A stretch of DNA of 64,000 nt from Eledone cirrhosa (GCA_964016885.1 OZ024752.1:34658001-34722000), one strand, 5' to 3'. Positions 14,731-28,465 are shown, counted from the stretch's first letter. The notes: a model not told the origin generated them from the letters alone. Numbers and translations: made by a program.

Positions 14731-15453
14731 GTTTCTTTATTAGCCACAGGGGCACAAAAGAAGGGGACAAATACAAAGGGGGAAGTTTACATACAATAAA
14801 AACGTGTAAAATGTTATCACAAATGCAATTTAAAAAATTAGTCGATTTTCCCCAATAGGGGGAGACAGTTCATATGGGTAACACATACCCCCGAAAAAAT
14901 GTGCAACCCTCATCTCCAGGAGTACGAAGAGTTTGTACTCCTTTCCTCTCCTCCTCCTTTTCCTCAACCTACAGGCTGATATAGAGAGAAGGCCCATTCA
15001 CTCGGGCCATTCTCGCCACTTTCACCCACCTTTCATAAAACTTGCTGGGGTACAGCACCTCTCTCTCCATCCTGACTCTTCTTCCAAAGTGGTATTTGAA
15101 AAAAAGAATCAGTTGTTGGCCGGAGAGAAAGGTGTCTGACCTCAGCCCTTTCAACCTTGTCCACCATACAACCTCTTTCGCCATAGCTATCACACAAAGG
15201 AAAACCGCCTCTCCTTCATTTTGAAGGAGGGTGGCAGTTTGATCATGACAATGGACTCGGTGGTCAACCGGATTGGTCCCACCCGCGACAATAGTCGTTC
15301 TACATAGCCCCACAGGTCAGTGACGCCCGGGCAGTGTATGAATGCGTGCGCGACGGTTTCTTCGTTACGCACGCACCTCGGACAGATCTTTTTTGCAGGG
15401 TCCCTGCTCGGGCGCCCATGTCTGTAGAGCTTGTCTCGAACTGGTAGAGCTCC
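14731..15453 (-). mobile_element. 5'-truncated L1/Tx1-clade LINE (ORF2 C-terminus with zf-RVT-like CCHC knuckle and 3' UTR) inside (GATA)n
   Basis: ALPVRDKL...CPRC...ETVAHAFIHC...AKEVVWWTR...; ends AATAAAGAAAC; (GATA)n on both sides. Confidence 0.85.
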
Positions 15454-15514
<61 letters not shown>

Positions 15515-15515
<1 letters not shown>

Positions 15516-15648
15516 TCTTTATTTGCCACAAGGGCGCACAAAAAATGGGACATTACAAGACGTGACGTCGGAGGTTTTACATAAAATGTATACAACATTA
15601 ATAAATAACGATAAACTATATATAAGATAAAATCACAGTCGATGCAAT
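15515..15648 (-). mobile_element. 3'-UTR-only copy of the same LINE group within (GATA)n
   Basis: CCCTTGTGGCAAATAAAG terminus; GATA repeats on both sides. Confidence 0.75.
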
Positions 15649-15749
15649 GATAGATCGATCGATCGATAGATAGATAGATATGTAGGTATGTAGGAAGGTA
15701 GATAGACAGACATATATATATATATATATTCTGTCATTACCACAGCAGA

Positions 15750-15832
15750 GGTCCGACGAGCTTTGATTCCAGAGTCGGGGCAGATCGATACAGATCGAAC
15801 CTTGAGCTGATCAATAGCGAACGCATGTCACC
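15750..15832 (+). ncRNA. Degenerate family D hammerhead-like motif
   Basis: GGT-CCGACGA...ATCAATAGC-GAAC-GCAT-GTC-ACC; homologous to 2230-2380 on the minus strand. Confidence 0.45.
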
Positions 15833-15972
15833 AATCAATAAACGTAACGAAGGTATAACAAATCGTCTTTGTATTATTATGTCAACATGAATGGACCTGT
15901 TATTTTTATCTAAAGACATTTTTTCCAATTCCATTCCGCCCGTCCCCTCAATCTATCTTATTTCTCATTGTT

Positions 15973-16008
15973 TCTTCTGATGAAGGACTAGCGTCCGAAA
16001 CGTTAAGA
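15973..16008 (+). ncRNA. Minimal Penelope-type hammerhead motif
   Basis: TCTT-CTGATGA-A-GGAC-TAGC-GTCC-GAAAC-GTT-AAGA. Confidence 0.6.
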
Positions 16009-16112
16009 CCCTCTTCCTGATATTTCAAGCGTTAACCTAATATATTTCTTCCATATACTGTACCGATTGTGTTGTTATTTCTGTTTACCTTTTACACACA
16101 CACACGCACACG

Positions 16113-16257
<145 letters not shown>

Positions 16258-16304
16258 GTGAGGTTTTTTTTTACAAAATGAAAAATAACCGACACGAGTG
16301 AAAG

Positions 16305-16557
16305 TATAAAGAAAAAAGATGAAATCGAAAATGCAACTGGAGTCTTATTTAAAAAAAATATATATATATTTATTTGCTTCCTTTACCGGTTTCGCAGTTC
16401 TTCTGCTTTTCAAAAGTAGAGTTAAAAACCACAGATCCTCCATCTCAACTCTACTTTTGAAAAGCAGAAGAACTGCGAAACCGGTAAAGGAACCAAATAC
16501 TTAATTTTTTTTTTTTTTAAATAAGACTCCAGTTGCATTTTCGATTTCATCATTTTT

Positions 16558-16564
<7 letters not shown>
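16305..16564. mobile_element. Fold-back element (arms 16305-16423 / 16447-16564) with HHR 3' half, abutting (TA)n
   Basis: Inverted arms containing GCGAAACCGGTAAAGG. Confidence 0.65.
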
Positions 16565-16611
<47 letters not shown>

Positions 16612-16819
16612 GTATTGATAAGCTGTGTTTCTATGGCATTTTTTAAACACGGCAGAGTCTCATCTCCTCTTCAGGTCTGAATACACCAGATTTCTTCCAG
16701 AGAAGGTTAGAGGGTGAGAGAGTTGAAGTAAGGAAGAGCCATAGAGGAAAAATCGACCCCAGTACTAGACTGGTACTTTGTTTATCAACCTCGAATGGCT
16801 GAAAGGCAAAGTTGACCTC

Positions 16820-18470
16820 GGCGAGAGCCAAAACCCGAAACGAATACCGCAAATAATTATATCCGATGTTCTAACAACACTACCAATTCACCACCTTTCC
16901 TATATCACATATCATATATTATATATCACATGTCGTATATTATATATTATATATCACATATATATTATATATTATAAATTATATATTATATATTATATAT
17001 TATATATCACATATATTATATATTATATATTATATATTATATATTATATATCACATATCATATATTATATATTATATATTATATATCACATATCATATAT
17101 TATATATTATATATTATATATTATATATCACATATCATATATTATATATTATATATCACATGTCATATATTATATATTATATATTATATATCACATATCA
17201 TACATTATATATCATATATCATATACATTTTAATATTTGTCAGAATTATCTTAAGCTTGTTAGAAAAGTACGTGTGTACGCTTAATGTATCTTTGAACAA
17301 GGTAGACAGAACTTATAGAGGAAGGAAAAGGAGCTCAACAAATGAATTCATGTAAACATTTTCTTTTTTCCTTATTTATTTCCTTGTGGATGTGTCGGTG
17401 AAATGGAAGTTGTCGGGATTTGAACTCAGAGAGCAAAAAGCCGAAACGAATACCGCAAAGAATTCTATCCGATAATGTAACGATACTACCCATTCTCCAC
17501 CTTTTCTATATCACACAGCATATATGATATATCTGGCAGTATCGGTAGAGGATCAGACGCCATGCTTTGACGCATAGAGTTACGTCTCTTGCCATTCTGA
17601 GTTCAAATCCCGCCGAGGTTAACTTTGCCTTTCATCCTTACGGGGTCGATAAAATGAAGTACCAGTAATACACTGGGATAATTACTGGTCTTGTGCAAAA
17701 AGTAGAAACAATTATATATTATATATCATATATTATATATTATATATCATATATTATATATCATATATTATATATCACATATCATATATTATATATCATA
17801 TATTATATATTATATATTATATATCACATATCATATATTATATATCACACATCATATATTATATATCATATATTATATATCATATATTATATATCATATA
17901 TTATATATTATATATCACATATCATATATTATATATCATATATTATATATCACATATCATATATTATATATCATATATTATATATCATATATTATATATT
18001 ATATATCACATATCATATATTATATATCATATATTATATATCATATATTATATATCATATATCATATATTATATATCATATATTATATATCACATATCAT
18101 ATATTATATATCATATATTATATATCATATATTATATATTATATATCACATATCATATATTATATATCATATATTATATATTATATATCACATATCATAT
18201 ATTATATATCATATATTATATATTATATATCACATATCATATATTATATATCATATATTATATATCATATATCATATGCAATATTTGTCAGAATTATCTT
18301 ATAATCCAGCTAGGCTTGTTAGAAAAGTACGTGTGTACCCTTAATGTATCTTTGGACAAGACAGACAGAAGTTATGGAGGAAAAGGAGCTCAACAAATGA
18401 ATTCATGTAAGAATTTTCTTTTTCCCTTATTTATTTCCTTGTGAATGTGTCGGTGAAATGGAAGTTGTCG
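16820..18470. repeat. Local duplication, each copy with an (ATATC/ATATT)n satellite; SINE at 17533-17712
   Basis: 17232-17414 is repeated at 18280-18470. Confidence 0.8.
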
Positions 18471-18594
18471 CTAGGTATTTCTCCCTTTTCTTTGTCAGAC
18501 ATGTCGGTTCAAATCGTGTCAGCTGTCAGAAGAGCAGCTCATATCATATGTTTAGATATGCCACGTTTGTAATGACTGTTGATACCTGAGCATG

Positions 18595-19010
18595 TTCCAC
18601 CACCTCCATATAATACCACAACACCACCACCGCCGCCACCACCACACTCCACCACCACCTCCACTCACCACCACACTCCACCACCACCACCTCCATTCAC
18701 CACCACCTCCATTCACCACCACAACAAACACCACAACACACCACCACCACCAACACCACTCACCCCCACCACCTCCATACACCACAACACACACCACTAC
18801 CACCACCACCTCCATTTCCATACACCACAACATACACCACCTCCACCACCTCCTTTTCCATACACCACAACACACACCACCACCACCACCACACGCCACC
18901 ACCACTCACCACCATCTCCATACACCACCATTCATCCCCACACACCACCACAACACACCACCACCACCTCCTCCATTGACCACCACACCACCAGCACCAC
19001 CATCACTACC
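18595..19010. repeat. (CCA)n-derived low-complexity tract
   Basis: Read directly. Confidence 0.9.
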
Positions 19011-19079
19011 ACACGTGCTCACACTCTATCATTATCTTTCTCTCACTCTCTCTCTCTCTCCCTCCCTCTCTCTCTCTCT

Positions 19080-19195
<116 letters not shown>

Positions 19196-19439
19196 CGCGA
19201 GAGCGAGAACGACTGATGTTTCTATTCCATCTCTCCCCCCTCCCCTCTCTCTCATACATTTAATGTATGGAAGATAAGAAATGATACAGGAAAAGAAAAC
19301 AACAATAAATAAGAATGAGCTAGAGAGAGGGGGGGGGGGGAGATGATAAGACGAAAGAAAAAAAGAATGTTGGAATTAGATATGACAATGTGACAGCTGA
19401 TGTCATTTTAACAAATTTACAAAACTTTGTACAGTACAT

Positions 19440-19483
<44 letters not shown>

Positions 19484-19511
19484 ATACACATATATATATA
19501 CACACATACAT

Positions 19512-19579
<68 letters not shown>

Positions 19580-19600
19580 ATATATATATATATATATAAT

Positions 19601-19719
19601 ATAGGAACCAGTAAGACCCCGGGGTCTTACTGGTTCCTATTACCCACTCTACTACCCTAAGTATTGAGTACTTTGGTGCGTTATGGTCCACCTGGTTCCT
19701 TACCACATTTCCTTCGTTA
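19601..19719 (+). mobile_element. Family B element beginning at the predicted HHR cleavage site, with 40-bp perfect palindrome
   Basis: ATAGGAACCAGTAAGACCCC|GGGGTCTTACTGGTTCCTAT followed by the family B 3' end and (TA)n. Confidence 0.75.
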
Positions 19720-20161
19720 TATATAATATATATATATATATATAATATATTTATATTATGTATTTTTTACATGTAGGAATTCATACTTTATTATTATTAA
19801 TCTCCCTCTAAGGTAGAGATAAAATTTTGGCCGTTTGGACTGCTGCTATTTCTAGTGGCAAGATATTGACCTGTCCACCCTGCCTTTTGTCTTTGCACAC
19901 GGCACCAGACAGAATTATTTCTTCCATCATTCGCTCTCATTTCGGAATGGTTTTGTATGGCGTCAGTTTGTGATTTGGATTCGGGAATTTTATATTCTCC
20001 GAGAGAGAAGAGCCTTTTGAAGATTGCTCCCTTCTCAATGGAAATCCGCTTGGATTTTCCGTTTATTCTGGAGCATGAAACCGCGGTAAAGGCACATATA
20101 GTAAGTACTGGGAATTTTTTAAAATTTATTTTAAAACATTTTCTCTATTTGCTAGACCTTG

Positions 20162-20221
<60 letters not shown>

Positions 20222-20562
20222 AACAATGAGTTATATATATTTATATATATATGTATATATATATATTTATATATATACATATATATACACACACACACGC
20301 ATATATATATATACACACACGCGCATGTATATATATATATGGTGCGGTGCTAGAACTCACGACACGTGTTTAATCCACTGACAGCCACAGAACATCTCTA
20401 GTAAATAATAATAATAATGATGTTCTGTGGCATTTGTACTGTTAATCCTCCTAGGTAGCCTAAAAAACAGGATCAATATGAGAACGGAATAGAATATATC
20501 TTATATCGGGCACAAACACCGAAGAGAGCTTAAGAAATTGGTTTTGCAATCTTAGCAATGCC

Positions 20563-21886
20563 ACAAGGTCCTATGTTTTCCATAAGTATCCACCTTCCTC
20601 AGACATGTCGCAGTGTTTAAGATCTCCAATATCACGAGGTCCTATGTTTTCACTATGTATCTACCTTCCTCAGACATGTCGCAGTGTTTAAGATTTTCAA
20701 TATCACGAGGTCCTATGTTTTCAATATGTATCTACCTTCCTCAGACATGTCGCAATGTTTAAGAATTTCAATATCACGAGGTCCTATGTTTTCACTATGT
20801 ATCTACCTTGCTCAGACATGTCGCAGTGTTTAAGATCTCCAATATCACGCGGTCCTATGTTTTCACTATGTATCTACCTTCCTCAGACATGTCGCAGTGT
20901 TTAAGATCTCCAATATCACGAGGTCCTATGTTTTCCATATGTATCTACCTTCCTCAGACATGTCGCAGTGTTTAAGATCTCCAATATCACGAGGTCCTAT
21001 GTTTTCAATATGTATCTACCTTCCTCAGACATGTCGCAGTGTTTAAGATCTCCAATATCACGAGGTCCTATGTTTTCACTATGTATCTACCTTCCTCAGA
21101 CATGTCGCAGTGTTTAAGATCTCCAATATCACGAGGTCCTATGTTTTCACTATGTATCTACCTTCCTCAGACATGTCGCAGTGTTTAAGATCTCCAATAT
21201 CACGAGGTCCTATGTTTTCAATATGTATCTAACTTCCTCAGACATGTCGCAGTGCTTAAGATCTCCTATATCACGAGGATCTAAGTTTTCAATATGTTTC
21301 TACCTTGCTCAGACATGTCGCAGTGTTTAAGATTTTCAATATCACGAGGTCCTATGTTTTCAATATGTATCTACCTTCCTCAGACATGTCGCAGTGTTTA
21401 AGATTTTCAATATCACGAGGTCCTATGTTTTCACTATGTATCTACCTTCCTCAGACATGTCGCAGTGTTTAAGATCTCCAATATCACGAGGTCCTATGTT
21501 TTCACTATGTATCTACCTTCCTCAGACATGTCGCAGTGTTTAAGATTTTCAATATCACGAAGTCCTATGTTTTCACTATGTATCTACCTTCCTCAGACAT
21601 GTCGCAGTGTTTAAGATTTTCAATATCACGAGGTCCTATGTTTTCAATATGTATCTACCTTCCTCAGACATGTCGCAGTGTTTAAGATTTTCAATATCAC
21701 GAGGTCCTATGTTTTCAACATGTATCTACCTTCCTCAGACATGTCGCAGTGTTTAAGATCTCCAATATCACGAGGTCCTATGTTTTCACTATGTATCTAC
21801 CTTCCTCAGACATGTCGCAGTGTTTAAGATTTTCAATATCACGAGGATCTATGTTTTCAATATGTACCTACCTTCCTCAGACATGT
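20563..21886. repeat. 71-bp minisatellite, ~18-19 units
   Basis: ACGAGGTCCTATG at 20634, 20705 and onward. Confidence 0.95.
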
Positions 21887-22699
21887 TAGTTTATGTTGTT
21901 AATTCATGACATACGACTAAAAGGTAATTCTTATATTCAATAGTCACTGTTTAAAATCTGTTTATTATTATAACAAATTCATTTCAACACTACAAGCAAT
22001 GGACATCCTTAACCGAATGGAAGTACAGGGTGTCTGGAAAGAAATTCCCTATTGAAAATTACTTATAACTTTTGGTCTACTGTGACTACTTGAGACAACA
22101 TTAATGACCTCAGACCCATGCAACATGGGGCTCTTCCTCATTTTGCACACAGTGTCCCAAAGTAGCTTGATGTACAATTTCGAGGATGTTGGTTGGGTGG
22201 CCGAGGTTCTGTATTTGTCTATATACTGACCTTCTTTGTGTGGTGATATTACGGTTCAAAAAAATCAATATCAAATCTTACAAACATTTATTGAACTCTC
22301 AGGATTGAGTCAGCTTGTTTGTCAGTTTTTTTTTAGGTTAAAGTCACGTTTATGAAATGAGAATCATCTGCAAGTCATCTTTAATAAAATCACACTTTCT
22401 GATGGAATATATTTATCTGCCCCAAATATTTTTGACATTTTTTTTCAAAATTCCGTAACATTTCTGATTCAGCTAATTTCATTACTGAAAAGTAAGTTCA
22501 AGACAAACAGATAAGTAGAGATGATTCAGTGAAATGTTGTAAAAACAAGATGATAATGACTCTTGGAAAATATCTTTCAAGTAGCTTTTAAGTACAAAGT
22601 AAATAGATAGACTTGATAAGGTTAATCTTTGTGTCGTATCTCATTTTTGTGGAGAGTCCTCCTCAATGTTGAAATGAAAATAACTTGTTCACGGTATAG

Positions 22700-23520
22700 G
22701 TGGCGAATTGGCAGATTTGTTAGAAAATACGATAGAATGCTTTGCTGTATTCGTTTCCGCTCTCTGTTCTGAGTTCAAATCCACTGAGGACACCCTAGAA
22801 TTCCTGCAAAGTCACCACCCTGGATTAGTAGTGTCATATACTTTATCAAACTCGAAAGGGGATGAAAAGAAACTAATCAGTCTCAGGTGAATTTGAACAC
22901 AGAACGCAGAGATTCGCAACACTTGCCCCAAAGCATTTTGTCTGACGCTCTATAATTCCTGCAAAGTCGCCACCCTGGATTAGTAGTGTCATATATTTTA
23001 GCGAGAGGCGGCAAATTGGCAGAGTCGTTACAATGTCGGATAGAATGCTTTATGGTATTAGTTCCGGCTCTCTGCTCTCTGGGTTCAAATCTCGCCGAGG
23101 TCAACTTTGCCTTTTATCCATTCAAAGTCGATAAAAAAAAGTACCAGTCTAGTACTGGGGTCGATTCTTCCTTCATATTTCTTTCTCACTTCTCTTCTCT
23201 TCCGACTCTCTACCGATAATTGTTTCTACTTTTGGCACAAGGCCAGCAATAACCCAGTACATTACTGGTACTTTATTTTATCGACCCCGTAAGGAGGAAA
23301 GGCAAAGTTAACCTCGACGGGATTTGAACTCAGACCGAAATGGGACGTAACTATGCTAGAAAGCATGGCGTCCAACTCTCTACTGATACTGCCAATCCAC
23401 CGCCCTAATATAGGACAAAATAATGGTTTCTTATATAGGCACAAGGCCAGCAATTTTGGGGGAGGGGAACGTCGATTAAATCGACCCCAGTTCGTGACTA
23501 GTACTTTATTTTATCGATCC
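22700..23520. mobile_element. Cluster of old and young SINE copies on both strands
   Basis: A/B boxes and central domain. Confidence 0.8.
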
Positions 23521-24059
23521 TCTCTCTATCCTCCACTGGAAGAAATCTGCCGGACGACAGGTTAAATCTACAAACAAGAACAGGTACAGTTTATTTAATG
23601 CGCTTTTTGCGCAATTTCTGGGGGTTTTTTTAGTGTTTTTTTTTTCAAATTTCACTCATAACGCTTGAATCTACCTTAAGCTACAGTAGTAGACACTAGT
23701 ACAAGATACTAGGGAATTAGTACGTATCCTGAGACCATCTGATTGGTTGAAAGACGAACGTCTTAACTGCACGGCCATATCTGCACCTAAAATATTTAGT
23801 TCTGCAGTGAAAAGTATCTGAGTTAAAGGTCTCAGATACAAAAGATAAGAGTAAAAAGATTAGAAATTAGTGTATTCAATTTCAACCCTTAATAGGATCA
23901 ACCTAGTTGTGTTTCGTTGTAGAAACTTATATTCAATAGATTTAAACATACATGATATCATTTACAATATCATTTTAATTTCTAATTTAGTAGATGACTA
24001 TCTTCTTGGTGGTAATAGCAAAAATAATCCTTAAAATAACAGGTAGCAGTCCACAGAGG

Positions 24060-24880
24060 AATATAGGACAAAATAATTGTTTCTACTTTTGGCACAATTT
24101 CTGGTACTTTACTGGTACTTTATTTTATCGACTCCGTAAGGATGAAAGGTAAAGTTAACCTCGGTGGGATTTGAACTCAGTTCGCAAAGGGACGTAACTG
24201 TGCTGCAAAGCATAGCGTCTAATGATTTCTAGTATAGGTACAAGGCCAGTAATTTTGGGGGAGAGGAAAGTCAATTAAATCGACCCCAGTACGTTACTGG
24301 TGCTTTATTTCATCGACCCCGTAAGGATGAAAGGCAAAGTTAACCTCGGCGGGATTTGAACTCAGGTCGTAAAGGACCGTAACTCTATGGTGCGTAACTC
24401 TATGGACCGTAACTCTATACCGATACTGCCAATCCACCGCCCTAATATAAGACAAAATAATGGTTTCTTATATAGGCACAAGGCCAGAAAATTTGGGGGA
24501 AGGGGAAAATCGATTAAATCGACCCCAGTACGTTACTGGTGCTTTATTTTATCGACCCTGTAAAGATGAAAGGCAAAGTTAACCTTGGCGGGATTTGAAC
24601 TCAGACTGTAAAGGACCGTAACTCTATGGTGCAAAGCATGGCGTTTGACTCTCTACCGATACTGCCAATCCACCGCCCTAATATAAGACAAAATAATTGT
24701 TTCTACTTTAGGCACAAGGCCAGCAATTACCCAGTGCATTACTGGTACTTTATTTTATCGACCCCGTAAGGATGAAAGGCAAAGTCAACCTCGGCGGGAT
24801 TTGAACTCAGATGGTAAAGGGACGTAACTATGCTGGAAAGCATGGCGTCCGACCCTCTACCGATACTGCCAATCCACCGA
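24060..24880 (-). mobile_element. Head-to-tail chain of four main-family SINEs
   Basis: Repeated units joined by TAATATA(A/G)GACAAAATAAT. Confidence 0.9.
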
Positions 24881-25158
24881 AAATAATAAGAGTGTATAGG
24901 TGTTTATTTAACTGTGAAATTAATATGATATATGGATGTATATATATGTATGTATGTATGTATGTATATATATATATGTGTGTGTGTGTATGTGTGTGAA
25001 TACACAGTGGAAACTCCAAAGTAGCAGGACTCCAGCTTGGCCTTAATAATATGTATATATATATATATATATATATATTCAGAAAGTCAACGTAACTACG
25101 ACAATATTTCTAATGCTTCAATGTTCAATGTTTGCTACATCTGTTATTGGGGATGTTG

Positions 25159-25190
<32 letters not shown>

Positions 25191-25519
25191 GGTGGTGGTG
25201 GTGGTGGTGGTAATGGTGATTATATCAATATCGATCACAACAACGCCGATACTTCCATTGTAATCCAGTCATACGGTCATAAACATGTATACTTCCCAAG
25301 AGAGTCATCACAGAACTAGTCACTTATTATTCACCAATCTTCTGTTCAGAATGACAAAACAATTGCTACTATTCATAACTTATACAATGAAAGAAACTCC
25401 GGTGTCGTCTTTGTCATATCATTTCAAAATATTTAACTAGAATGGAATAATAATTGTTTTTACTTTTGGCACAAGGTCAGCAATTACCCCCCAGTGCATT
25501 ACTGGTGCGTTATTTTATC

Positions 25520-26502
25520 GGGGAAACGCCTTCTCCATTCTGTCCGCCGGGGCCAGCACGTGAGACCCCATTTGCTCATAATACAGAGAGTATGAGGAGG
25601 GTGAGAGAGATGGAGGCGATGTCGGTGGGCGTTCGGCTCTTCCGTGTTCGGACCTGGTGTGCATGAGAGATGGAGGCGATGACAGTGGGAGTTCGACTCT
25701 TCCGTGTTCGGACCTGGTGTACATGAGAGATGGAGAGGGCGAGAAAGATGGAGGCGATGACAGTGGGCGTTCGGCTCTTCCGTGTTCGGACCTGGTGTAC
25801 ATGAGAGATGGAGAGGGCGAGAAAGATGGAGGCGATGACAGTGGGCGTTCGGCTCTTCCGTGTTCGGACCTGGTGTACATGAGAGATGGAGAGGGCGAGA
25901 AAGATGGAGGCGATGACAGTGGGCGTTCGGCTCTTCCGTGTTCGGACCTGGTGTGCATGAGAGATGGAATGGGCGAGAAAGATGGAGGCGATGACAGTGG
26001 GCGTTCGGCTCTTCCGTGTTCGGACCTGGTGTACATGAGAGATGGAGAGGGCGAGAAAGATGGAGGCGATGACAGTGGGCGTTCGGCTCTTCCGTGTTCG
26101 GACCTGGTGTACATGAGAGATGGAGAGGGCGAGAAAGATGGAGGCGATGACAGTGGGCGTTCGGCTCTTCCGTGTTCGGACCTGGTGTACATGAGAGATG
26201 GAGAGGGCGAGAAAGATGGAGGCGATGACAGTGGGCGTTCGGCTCTTCCGTGTTCGGACCTGGTGTACATGAGAGATGGAGAGGGCGAGAAAGTAGGCGG
26301 CGATGACAGTGGGCGTTCGGCTCTTCCGTGTTCGGACCTGGTGTGCATGAGAGATGGAGAGGGCGAGAAAGATGGAGGCGATGACAGTGGGCGTTCGGCT
26401 CTTCCGTGTTCGGACCTGGTGTGCATGAGAGATGGAGAGGGCGAGAGAGATGGAGGCGATGACAGTGGGCGTTCGGCTCTTCCGTGTTCGGACCTGGTGT
26501 AC
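25520..26502. repeat. 78-bp minisatellite (~11-12 units) expanded from an interspersed repeat
   Basis: 78-bp period; unexpanded homologue at 38143-38286. Confidence 0.9.
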
Positions 26503-26604
26503 AGCGCCAGTTGTCCGTAGGGAGGTAGTGGTTTGTACTTAGCGAAGATTTTTAGAACCTTGTGTTTGCGATTCCTGTATGTATTATTATATGTTTGGGT
26601 CCAT

Positions 26605-28240
26605 AATAATTGTTTCTACTTTTTGGCACAAGGCCAGTAATTACCCCAGTGCATTACTGGTACTTTATTTTATCGACCCCGTAAGGATGAAAGGCGAAGT
26701 TAACTTCGGTGGGATATGAACTCAGAACGTAAAGGGCCATAACTCCTATGTTGCAAAGCATGGTGTCTGACGCTCTACCGATACTGCCAAACTACCGAGG
26801 GGTTCATAATAATTGTTTCTTCTTTTGGCACAAGGCCAGCTATTACCCCCAGCGTATTACTGGTACTTTATTTTATCGACCCCGTAAGGATGAAAGGCAG
26901 TGTTAACCTCGGCGGGGTTTGAACTCAGATCGTAAAGGGCCGTAACTCTATGCTGCAAATTTCAACTCTTCTTATTAATAACTGCCTTGTTTCTTTCCAG
27001 GGACTATGTTGAAAGATAAACCCCATTAGGTCATTCCATGAGAGTTTCTTGGTCAGCCTATAAAGGAGTGATGCTAGAGCTGTGAAATCTTGCATGCATA
27101 AATTTGAACTCTTCTTATTAATATTTGCATTGTTTCTTTCCAGGGAATATGTTGAAAGATAAACCCCATTAGGTCATTCCATGAGAGTATCTTGGTCAGC
27201 CTATGAACTTTAACTGTTCAGCCGACCCTCGTATTTTACCATCTTCTTATAAGGAATAATTGTTTCTACTTTAGGCACAAGGCCAGCAATTCACCAGTGC
27301 ATTACTGGTACTTTATTTTATCGACCCCCGTAAGGATGAAAGGCAAAGTCAACCTCGGCCGGATTTGAACTCAGATCATAAAGGGGCGTAACTATGCTGG
27401 AAAGCATAGCGTCCGACCCTCTACCGATACTGCCAATCCACCTTCTTATAAGGAATAATGGTTTCTCATATAAGCTCAAGACCAACCATTTTGGGGAAAG
27501 GAAAAAGTTGATTAAATCTGATGTTCTGCTTACATTGTCTGTTACAATAATTGTTTCTACTTGTTGGCACAAGGCCAGCAATTATCCCAGTGTATTACTG
27601 GTACTTTATTTTATCGACTCCGAAAGGATGAAAGGCGAAGTTAACCTCGACGGGGTTTGAACTCACATCGTAAAGGGCCGTAACTTTATGCTGCAAATTT
27701 CAACTCTTCTTATTAATAACTGCCTTGTTTCTTTCCAGGGACTATGTTGAAAAATAAACCTCATTTGGTCATTCCATGAGAGTTTCTTGGTCAGCCTATA
27801 AAGGAGTGATGCTAGAGCTGTGAAATCTTGCATGCATAAATGTCAACTCTTCTTAATATTTGCATTGTTTCTTTCCAGATTAAATCTGATGTTCTGCATA
27901 CATTGTCTGTGTTACAATAATTGTCTACTTTTTGGCACAAGGCCAGCAATTATCTCAGTGTATTACTGGTACTTTATTTTATCGACTCCGTAAGGATGAA
28001 AGGCGAAGTTAACCTCGACGGGATTTGAACTCAGACCGTAAAGGGCCGTAACTCTATGCTGCAAAGCTTGACGTCCGACCCGCTACCGATTATTGTCAAT
28101 CCACCGCCCTGTCTATGTTACAATAATACTTAAACAACTCCGAGGTTGACTTTGCCTTTCATCCTTACGGGGTCGATAAAATAAAGTACCAGTAATGAAC
28201 TGGGTAATTGCTGGCCTTGTGCCTAACGTAGAAACAAATA
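26605..28240. mobile_element. SINE cluster interleaved with mariner-type MITE fragments (26958-27233, 27696-27878)
   Basis: SINE motifs; TTCAGCCGACCCTCGTA terminus shared with 49087-49305. Confidence 0.8.
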
Positions 28241-28319
28241 ATACTTAAACAACTTCACATGTCAACTAAGTAAAGAAAAAATAGATATGTACAATAACTG
28301 CAATTTTAAACGACTGGAA

Positions 28320-28433
28320 ATACAACAGCAACACCAACAACAACAATAGCAACAACAGTAGCAACAACAACATCAACAACAACAATAACAGCAACAACAA
28401 CAACAACAATAGCAACAGCAACAACAACATCAG

Positions 28434-28465
<32 letters not shown>

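Noticed and set aside
20563-21886. 71-bp array as a CRISPR array or hammerhead satellite (minus strand has CTGAGGA...GAAA)
   Set aside because: No unique spacers or cas genes; no consistent stem II and no NUH site before a stem I partner
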